From: Octopus vulgaris
Taxonomy: Eukaryota
Assembly (NCBI GenBank): GCA_951406725.2
Contig: OX597822.1
Location: forward strand, 40,672,001 to 40,736,000
Reading direction: 5' to 3'
Length of the DNA stretch: 64,000 bases
The notes beneath the pieces are model-generated. The model did not search any database, had not been told where the DNA came from, and was given only the letters and a program-made list of their open reading frames with translations. The position numbers and the translations under genes are program-made. Below, piece after piece: positions 53,932-64,000 of the stretch. Numbering within the stretch: the first letter of the stretch is position 1; every line of letters begins with the position of its first letter.

Positions 53932-54997
53932 TACGTGTGTGATACATGTATATGTGTGTGTGAGTGTGTGTAAATATGCATGTATGGTTCTATGTGTATA
54001 TGTAAATAGAGAGAGAAAGAGCGGAAGCGAGAATTCGGCAGTGAAAAGATTGTCGGTTAAGAAAGTAACGAACTAACGCGCACTTTACAAATACAATTTG
54101 TAAGCGAAACAATACGCATATGCAAGACTTTAAGAAAATACAGGCTATAACTCTTCACTGTTTTCAGTATTCTCAATTGTAGGTTGGTGCTTCGTTTCTT
54201 TGTTAAAAACTAAAGCCTTCTTGCTGGGAGATATTCAAACTTGTATAAAAGATAACATACATATATATATATTCAAGCATGTGTATACACGCACTTAGAC
54301 ACAGACACAGACACACACACACACATGCGTTCATATACCTCTATAAATACATACATACGTACAAATGCATATATACATACATATTTATATACATACACTA
54401 ACACACAGACACGAACACACACATATATATGTATACAGTCACTCATACACACACTCACATATACCCACAAATACATACATACATGCATACATACATACAA
54501 ACACACATGTATACATGCATACATACATATATCTGTACAGACACATACAGACAAATGAATACTTATATACATATACGTAAACACAAATACCTACCTTTCT
54601 ACATACACACACATATAAAAACGCACACACATACATAAAAACACACATGTACAAAAACACACACATACACGCAAATATATATAAAAACACGCACACATAC
54701 CCTGAAGTGCGTTTTTGGGGATTTAAAATTTGAATTGAGTGACATGTAGTAATAGTGACAGTGAAATGTGGGATATTTTGTGGGGTGGGGGAGAACTTAA
54801 GTGGTGGATTTAATTCACCCCGTCATTTTTATCACTACCACCACCACTACCAATTCCATATAACCATCTCCCCCACCAACACCATCGCCATCATCACTAT
54901 CAACATCATTTCGTGTTCAACATTATCATTATCATCTCTGCCCTGCATCGCTATCATCACCAGCATTATCACCATCTTACTTTTAGAACATCTATGT

Positions 54998-55065
<68 letters not shown>

Positions 55066-55066
<1 letters not shown>

Positions 55067-55843
55067 GCCAAGACAGATGCAGAGGACCGGAGGCTATGGA
55101 TGAGGAGGAGTGACCTTAGAGACGGAAGCACTCATATGCGCAGCTCAAGAACAAGCTTTAAGGACTAATTATATGAAGTGTTGTTGCAGAATGTGTGGCG
55201 AGAGGAGTGAAACGGTATGGCACATCGTTAGCGAACGCCCGAAATTTGCACAATGCGAATATAAACGACACCATGACAACGTGGCAAGAATGCTCCATAG
55301 GGAGCTCTGTGGAAATCAAGGACTACAAAGAGCAGAGACGCTGTATGACCAAACCCCAGAAGGATTCACCGAAAATGAAAACTGCAAAATTCTGTGGGAT
55401 GTAATGTTCCAGTGCGATCACCTGACCAGACAGAGGAAAACTGAATATTGTTGTGGTGAATAAAAAAAGAAAGAACATGTATGATTATCGATATAGCATG
55501 ATCCAGTGACAACAGGATCAATGTGAAAGAATAATAATAAATAAATGACGATTTAAAATGGGAAATACGAAGGTTGTGGTCAATGAAGAGAGAATACATG
55601 ATACCAATAGTAACTGGTGCACTTGGAAGTATCAGCACTCAAGAACCAGCATGGCTGAAAAAGATCGGTGCAAGTGTGAAGGTAGAACCCCTACAAAAAC
55701 CTGCATTGCTTGGAATTGTAAGAATTTCTTCGCAAGATTCTTGAAGCGTGACCAGTAAACAAATGTCACCTTAGTCTGCTGGCTGTGGACAGCTAACACT
55801 TTCCATCATACCCAGCAAAATAAACTGTGAGTTTTTTTTTAAC
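55066..55843 (+). mobile_element. 5'-truncated R4/Dong-clade LINE (CCHC plus RLE domain and 3' UTR) in (TAA)n
   Basis: ETEALICAAQEQALRTNY, CRMCGERSETVWHIVS, YKRHHDNVAR, KILWDV, ...TCMIIDIA, IPIVTGALG. (AAT)n on both flanks. Confidence 0.9.
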
Positions 55844-55904
<61 letters not shown>

Positions 55905-55922
55905 GTAATAATAATAATAATA

Positions 55923-55963
<41 letters not shown>

Positions 55964-55967
55964 AATG

Positions 55968-56024
<57 letters not shown>

Positions 56025-58515
56025 GGAGAAGAGTAGACAGGAGGAACAGAGAAATGATGATGGAGCTGTTAAGGATTAGGAACAGGAACGTTATACAATG
56101 AACCCTGATACTGTGGTGGGTGGACACGCAGGGGAAATGAACCAACTAGATAATGAATTGCTTGAAATTCACAGACGACTCACCGACTTGAATGCTCCAG
56201 AAGAAAAATCCCCGTGAATATGAGAAGGGTAGATAGGAGTGTGATTTAAAAAAGTAACACAAAAGATAATTACTGTTATACCATACATCCAGATGGAGGA
56301 CATAGCACAAACAAGGAATCTCATCCGGGCTATTGCGCTACTCGTTGAGGAGAAATTACAACTTAAGAGAACAAAAATTGGTGGAGCAAAAGAACCATGG
56401 TGGACACGACGCATTGAAAGGGACATAATGCGGGCAAGGCAAGATCTAGGAAAAATTGAGCAATGGTTAAGAGGAAACTGGAAAAATGGGAAAAAGACCG
56501 ACCATGAAAAATTAGAGAAGAAATATGAAATACAGAAGAACGGGTTTGATGTAGTAATAGAGCAGTTAAAACAGGATCATGGCAAAAAACCAGAAGATCA
56601 GAAGATTCGAGAACAGATTGTTCAAAAATAACCCGAAGTAATTCTTCCGAACGTTAGGAGACAATGAGGAAAATGTTGCTCCTGATGCAACTCAAGCCAA
56701 GGAGTTCTGAAACGGATTAAGGGGAAACAATGTGGTGCATAAATGGGATGCAATGTGGATAGGAACTATCAAGACAGAATTACAAGGAGGAAAGAAACAA
56801 AAGAATATTGTCATAAACATGGGTGATGTGAAAGAACAAGTGGGTAAAGTGCCAAACTGGAAAGACCCCGGAGCAGATGAGATTCATGGCTTCTGGCTGA
56901 AGAATGCCATGCGGTGCATGAAAGTCTAGTGGCCCAATTGAATGAGTGTGTCCAGAAAGGTACAGTCCCCGCGTGGATGGTTACTGGGCAGGCAACACTT
57001 GTAATGAAACAGAAGAATATTGTGGAAATATTGTGGGGAAACTACCGTCCCATAGCATGCCTAAGCATAATCTGGAAGATACTCATTGGAATATGTGCGG
57101 CAAAGACACACTTTCCTACCACAGGAAGAAATACTACCAAGGGAACAAAATGGATGTAGGAAGAATTCTCAGGGTACTAAGGACCACTTGGACATCGATA
57201 AAACCGTTTTGAGGCATTGTTAAAAGCATCATACAAACATATCTATGGCTTGGTTTGACTTTAAGAAGGCATATGATATGATGCCTCATTCTTGGATCGT
57301 TGAAGGCCTGCAAGTGTTTGGTGTTGCTGACAACATCACAATTTTTTTTATGCATATCATGAAAGAGTGGAAAACCAAAGTGTACTCAACTAATGTATTC
57401 CTTAGAAGAGTTAATATCAAAAGGGGAATCTTCCAAGGTGACTCGTTTTCTCTTTTACATTTTGTAATTTCACTAATACCCATAACAATGACTTAGGAAA
57501 GTTAAGATGGGTTACCGATGTGGAAAGAAAGGCCCATCAATGAACCAGCTTCTGTTTATGGATGGCCTGAAATTGTTAGGGAAATCTAAAGAACAGATAG
57601 ATTCCGTAACCAAAACAGTCCAGAAGTGTGGTAGGGACATCGGTATGGAATTTGAGATCACCAAATGCTCAGTACTTAATATGAAAAGAGGGAAGGAAGC
57701 AGCCTGCAGAGAATTGCGGTTACCATCAGGAAAGACCTTGGGTGAACCCGACAGTAGTGGGTATAGATATTTAAGGATTTTGGAGCAGGATGACATTCAA
57801 CACAGAGAAATGAAAGTCAAGCGAGGCGTATCAAAAAAGGGTGAAGATAGTATTGAAATCCAACCTGATGCCAAAAAACTTGATTACCACAATGAATATC
57901 TGGGCAGTTGCAGTGGTTAGATATAGTGCGTCTATCCTCAAATGGACTAAGGAGGAAATATCATCACTGGATAGAAGGATGAGAAAGTTGATGATGCTGC
58001 ATGGGGCTCCACACCCTAAAGCAAACGTAAACAGGCTGTATATGAAAAGAAAGAATGGTGGCAGAGGACTAATTAGTATAGACCATTGTATAAGGAGTGA
58101 AAGGAAAACGCTTGCCGAGTATTGATAAATAGTGATGAAGATATGCTGCGAAAGATACGGGTGCAAATGCAGATGAAATGATGGGAAAGGAAGAATTTAA
58201 CCAAAGAGCTGAGGAGAAGAGAAAAGAAAGCCTTCTTGAAATGAGAATGCATGGACAGTTTGAAAGGAATACACAGAACATTATGGATAATCAGCATCGT
58301 GGGCATGACTTGAGTGAGGGGATTTGAAGCGTATCACTGAAAGCCTGATCATAGCTGCACAAGACCAGGCTCTCACTACCAAGTCAGTGAAGTATAATAT
58401 CTATAAAACTTCTAACACCCAGAAATGCAGACTCTGTTGAAAGAGTGTGGAAAATGTGACCCACTTGGTAAGTGGATGTGAGAGCCTTGCATAAAAAGAA
58501 TACAAAAGCCGCCAC
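56025..58515 (+). mobile_element. Decayed R4/Dong-clade LINE (RT domain to CCHC), 3'-truncated
   Basis: NWKDPGADEIHGFWLK, NYRPIACL, WFDFKKAYDMMPHSWI, RGIFQGDSFS, LLFMDGLKL, RLYMKRKNGGRGL, ESLIIAAQDQAL, CRLC. Many stops and frameshifts; starts at (AAT)n. Confidence 0.92.
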
Positions 58516-59395
58516 CCCAACTGAGAACCTCTTCTATAAACTACAATTTTCTGAAAGCACAATGTCTTCCTTCTTTCATCAGCAGAAGAAATTTTTCATG
58601 GACCCTTAATTTACTATTTTGCTCATGTAGGCCCCACAAAATCTTATATAGATCCCAACTGAGAACCATTTGTATAAACTATATTTTTCTGAAAGCGTCT
58701 TCCTTTTACAGAAACATGCATGCACCATTGCAAAGCAAGCTGTCAATGTTTTGTTTCGCATTCGCAGAAATATATGTTTTGTTCTTTTTTATATTTTCTT
58801 TTTTCCTTTTTATTTTTTCTGTGTGGAGAGGCTTTAATAGTCGTTGCTTTGCAGACACGACGCCATTACGAATACAATTGAACAAAACTTTAAAAACATT
58901 TTTTTTTTTAACGGATAAAAATGTTTGAATAAAATTGAAATAAAGCTTTTTTAATTTTTTTTCTTTTTATTCGTGTGCTTTGTAAAGTGGGTCTACGTGA
59001 CAAAAACTGTAAAAATATTAATCTGATTTCCTGTTAGACAAAGACCACGTGACACAAAGCGATGTCGATTTCAACCAAAAAGAAATTAAATGTTGAAAGG
59101 AACACCTTTTTTCCAAATATATGCGTGTGTGTGCATATTGAGGCATGTATGTCTGTGTGTGTGTATGTATGTATGTATGTATGCATGTATGTATGTATGT
59201 ATGTATGTATGTATGTATGTATGTATGTATGTATGCATTATGTTGTATGTGTGTATAGATGTATATCTATGTGTATGTATGTATGTATGTATGTATGTAT
59301 GTATGTATGTATGTATGTATGTATGTATGTATGCATGTGTGTATATATGTATGTATGTATGTATGTGTGTATGGATGGATGGATGTGTGTATGTA

Positions 59396-59607
59396 AGAGC
59401 TGGCAGAAACGTTAGCACGCCGGGCGAAATGCCTAGCGGTATTTCGTCTGCCGTTACGTTCTGAGTTCAAATTCCGCCGAAGTCGACTTTGCCTTTCATC
59501 CTTTCGGGGTCGATTAAATAAGTACCAGTTAATCACTGGTGTCGATGTAATCGACTCAATCTCGTTTCTCCCCTCTACGTTTAACCCCCTGTGGGTAATA
59601 AAGAAAT
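59396..59607 (+). mobile_element. SINE family B with Tx1-like tail
   Basis: gagctggcagaaacgttagc...gtcgactttgcctttcatcctttcggggtcgat...gtttaaccccctgtgggtaataaagaaa. Confidence 0.88.
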
Positions 59608-59754
59608 GTATGTATGGATGGATGAATGGATGTTTGTATGCATGTATGTGTGTATGTACGTATCTGTGCAGAAGAAATGGCCAGAAGAAATGGCTCTGAG
59701 AATTTTGTCCGGTGTCCTAACAATTCTGTCAGCTCACCACTTTATCGAAAGCAA

Positions 59755-59992
59755 AAATAATAATTGCTTTAGATTTTGGCAGAAGGTCAGTAATTGGTGG
59801 GGGTGGGGGTAGAAATGTAGTTGAGCATAAGTGGATTACATGGAGCCCAGTGTCGCAACGGGTATTTATTTTATCGACCCCGGAAAGGATGGAAGGTAAA
59901 GTCGACTTCACCGGTACTTGAACTCAGAACGTCGAGAGAAGTGCCACTAAGCATTTTACCCGGTATGATGACGACTCTGCCAGCTCACCGCT
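59755..59992 (-). mobile_element. SINE family B (alternative tail)
   Basis: Reverse-complement head tctgccagctcaccgc and core tttatcgacccc...aaaggat...aaagtcgac. Confidence 0.75.
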
Positions 59993-60035
<43 letters not shown>

Positions 60036-60123
60036 GGTGGTGGTGGTGGTGGTGGTGGTGGTGGTGGTGGTGGCGGTGATGATGATGATGATGTGATGAT
60101 GATGATGATGATGATGTTGATGT

Positions 60124-60194
<71 letters not shown>

Positions 60195-60202
60195 GTGGTG
60201 GT

Positions 60203-60745
60203 GATGCAGTACCAGGCAGTGGCCCTCGTAGCTTCTGATCTTAACTGAAGTGTTATCATATACATTGTTTTGTCTTCGTATAAAAGATGGGCTACAGCAA
60301 ATATTCTGCTCAATACCACAGATTTGCTTGTCAGTTGTTTGATCTTAACCAGTTGAGCATGTCACTTAGTGGCTAACCATACGTGCATCTCTGATCACGA
60401 GCAGAAGTAGTGGGGGAGCACCATAGCCATGTGTTGAGAGGAATTCTTTGGGGTTTGAATAATTCACCTCTGGAAACATAGGTGTTTCGTTCAACATCCT
60501 TAAACAACCCTTATTCAGGGACCTTTTGAGCGGGATGGGTTACTCGACCTAAAGAAAATTCTAACTGGGCCTCAGCTGCAAGGTCATGTGCTGTTTATCT
60601 TGATATGAGATCACCATGTCGCGCACATATGGTTGTGATGCATGTGCCTAGTGTACCCTTATCAGATGGGTAGTCACGATGGGTATACTGGGCTTCGTAT
60701 ATTTGTACCCCAGTGTCACTTTGATGGCATGCACTGTTCTCTCAC

Positions 60746-60750
<5 letters not shown>
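60203..60750 (+). mobile_element. Non-coding ~550-bp dispersed element ending in (AAT)n
   Basis: The 3' ~250 bp match 18221-18470. Bounded by trinucleotide repeats; no recognisable ORF. Confidence 0.8.
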
Positions 60751-60797
<47 letters not shown>

Positions 60798-60799
60798 TG

Positions 60800-60921
<122 letters not shown>

Positions 60922-60952
60922 AAGAAGAAGAAGAAGAAGAAGAAGAAGAAGA

Positions 60953-61077
60953 CTCCTTTCTACTATAGGCACAAGGCTTGAAATTTGTGGGGAAGGTTAT
61001 AAGTCGATTACATCGATCCCAGTACTCTGCTAGTATTTAATTTATCGACCCCGAAAGGATGAAAGGCAAAGTCGATA
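60953..61077 (-). mobile_element. SINE family B 3' fragment
   Basis: tcctttctactataggcacaagg...atcgaccccgaaaggatgaaaggcaaagtcga. Confidence 0.8.
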
Positions 61078-61173
61078 ATAATAATAATAATAATAATAAT
61101 AATAGATGGGTAGATAATCACAGTGACAGATAGGTAGACTGACAGATAGATAGATACATAGATAGATAGATAA

Positions 61174-61396
61174 GTTTCTTTATTGGCCACACAGGGCTGC
61201 ACACAGATGGGACAAGTTACAAGGTAGAGCTTTTCTTTTGGGGGATGAAAAAAGGGGGGGGAGTGGCGTAGGTTTTCGATCAAGAGGGATCGTAAAAGGG
61301 AAGAAAAGAACAAAAAACAAAAAAAAAAGAAAAGAAAAAATAAAATAAAATAAAAAAGAAAAAGAATAAAAAAAGAAAAAGAAAAAGAAAAGGAAC

Positions 61397-61398
<2 letters not shown>
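61174..61398 (-). mobile_element. Short Tx1 LINE 3' end inserted in (GATA)n
   Basis: tttctttattggccacacagggctgcacacagat...ttacaaggtagagcttttcttttg is nearly identical to 52604-52670. (GATA)n on both sides. Confidence 0.9.
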
Positions 61399-61488
<90 letters not shown>

Positions 61489-61509
61489 CGGACATATAGA
61501 TAGACAGAC

Positions 61510-61596
<87 letters not shown>

Positions 61597-62519
61597 CTGA
61601 ATGTGATTTGAACAAACGTAAATACGTACTGACATATACACAAACATACACCCATATATATACGCACATACACACACGTGAACACACCCATATATATGTC
61701 CGTATATATGTATACATGTGAGTATTTATGTATATTCAAATCACATACATACATTCCTACATTTCTACATAGTTATACGCGTACAAGAATGAATGTGTCT
61801 CCATAGTTGTAAGCTTTCACATTTGTTAAAATTAAGATGGCGGGCGGTGTAGGAGAATTGTTTGGTTACGGTCAATAAACCTGTTGTTTGCCAACATAGT
61901 CTCTCATGCTTCGGGGATAATAATTCCAATACAGAAGTCAGACAGACGTTTAACGAATTTTTAATAGTTCTTCTCGTATCTCTGTATCTATATGTATGCA
62001 TGCATGCTTGTATGTATGTATGTATATATGTATGCATGCATGTATGTATGTATGTATGCTTGTATGTATGTATGTATGTATGTATGTATGTAGGTAGGTA
62101 GGTAGGTATGTATGTATGTATGTATGTATGTATGTATGTATGTATGTATGTATGCGTGCCAGTATGTGTTTGCATGTATGTATATTTGTATGTGCGTATG
62201 AATGTAACCGTGGGAATGTTTGTAACTGTGTGTATACATGTGTGTATGTATATGTATATATTTATGTATATATAAAAGCATACATACATACATATGTGTG
62301 TGTGTGTCTGTATCTGTGTATAGACGTACGTACGCATGCTTTATGTACTTATATACCCATTCATCTCTCTGTATGTATATTTATATACATATGAATGTCT
62401 GTGTATATGTAAACTTAGATGTTTGTATAAATATAAGTACGTATGTTTCAGTCTATTTATTTAGCTAGCTAGGCTATACACACACATACACACACATATA
62501 TATATGTATATATATATAT

Positions 62520-62589
<70 letters not shown>

Positions 62590-63940
62590 TGTTAAATGTG
62601 TATGATATATTTATGTGCATCTATACGAACATATGAGCACGTGCGTGTGCTTGTCAGCGTTTATGTGTATGTAGGTATATATGCATGCATGTATGTATGA
62701 TTGTATGTATGTATGCATAGATGGATGGATGTCATTTATGTATGTATGTATGTATGTATGTATGTATAGGAATATTTTTTTTTTCTTCGAAATCCGTAGA
62801 AAATCTTTACTGAAAACAACCCAGTCATAAACAAAATGACAATGTTTTCAAAATTTATTTTAATTTTATTTAGCTTTTGGATAAATCTGAGGATTTGTAA
62901 ATATATAAGATATTTGATGCGTATGCAGTCTGCCTGGGGAAACTACACTTTCATAAAAACAAATTTATTTATTTTCTTCTAACTCACCCAGATTTATGCC
63001 TAACCAAATACTGGCGCACTGGAATCTACGTTGACGAGTTTTTCAAGTCATGCGACATAACAAGGAAGAAACATTTTAAAGAAATTTATTGTCTTATATC
63101 GGTTTTAATAATTGGTTTGAACATATTTTCACATGTATTTTAATTGATTTTCCACTGAAGTATTTGTCTTTAGTTGTATTCTTTTCAAATTTATTCGCTT
63201 TTAAATTTGTTAGCTGAAACCGATGTAAAGTCGACTAAATCCACTGAACTTGAGGTTTATTTCTTCCATTACTTTTTTTAGGAAAAAATGAAAAAAAAAA
63301 AGATGTTAAGTCGAATTGTCGTAGCTCGAAACGGTGTAAGTTGAATTATGCTTGTATTTCTCTTCACCGTTGCTACATCACTCACAAAGGTTTTTTAAAA
63401 CGTGCCCAGGGACACGTTAGCAGCTGTACAGCGCAGTTCTCGTTGCGAATTTTGAGTTCTTCTATTGATATCTCAGAGCGGGTTTCAGGTCTAGAAATTA
63501 AAGAAAAATAAACCCCGTCTGCTAGCAAATCCGGAATATCAGATTAGCGAGCAGACAAGAATCGTAGCTTTGTCATAACGTTACGGATAATGCACGATGT
63601 TTTAGCAAGTGCAATGCCGCGGCGAAGTATTCAGGTTTTCTTTGGCCATGCCTCAAAGCACATCTTTCGAACAGCCTCTCTCGAACGCTTTCAGACATCC
63701 AATTAAACTCCCTTGTCGATCGTCTGACTACGTGTAATTAACTCATGATGTACGAGGCTCTTTCAGTTAAAAACTCGATCATCTCTTTCACACTTGAGAG
63801 ACAAGATTCTCTTTCTTTTATGTCGCGGCTTCTAGGACCGAACTCATGTTGACGATAGTCAAAAGCTTTTCTTTCTTTTTTCACGAGAACATGATACTGC
63901 TTCAGTTTTTCTTTTCAAATTATGTGACAAATTTTTAGAT

Positions 63941-64000
63941 AGAAGCAGGTGTGACTGTGTGGTAAAAAGTTTCAAACCTACCAAATAATTTTGGATTCAA
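63941..64000 (+). mobile_element. Start of a diverged SINE family A copy at the window edge
   Basis: gcaggtgtgactgtgtggtaaaaag...ggattca resembles the family A head. Confidence 0.5.

Noticed and set aside
62920-63900. Possible piggyBac-like or other DNA-transposon relic (KYWRTG...FKEI)
   Set aside because: A single weak motif echo with no TIRs or catalytic motifs identified.

Overview
AT-rich eukaryotic non-coding DNA with very dense microsatellites ((TA)n, (CA)n, (CATA)n, (GATA)n, (TAA)n, (GAT)n). The repeat content and SINE families look like an Octopus (coleoid cephalopod) genome; this is an inference from recognition, not a database result. I find no intact host protein-coding gene, and nearly all listed ORFs are translated microsatellite. 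Real coding remnants are all transposable elements: one full-length frameshifted mariner, a truncated mellifera-type mariner, a maT/Tc1-like relic, R4/Dong-, Tx1-, RTE- and CRE-clade LINE fragments and Penelope-like relics. There are also several tRNA-derived SINE families, a Tc1/mariner MITE and a non-autonomous Helitron. The most interesting signal is a set of at least five unrelated minimal type-I hammerhead-ribozyme-like motifs (887-921, 14247-14332, 15333-15365, 27701-27747, 38500-38561). Three sit as mirror copies in 240-330 bp foldback palindromes and most lie in or beside (TA)n tracts. Their cores vary but keep the 3-8 base pair (C-G, A-U, G-C) and stem I pairing. Other notable signals are apparent microsatellite-specific LINE targeting ((TAA)n for Dong-like, (GATA)n for Tx1-like) and a SINE sharing its 3' tail with the Tx1 LINE.
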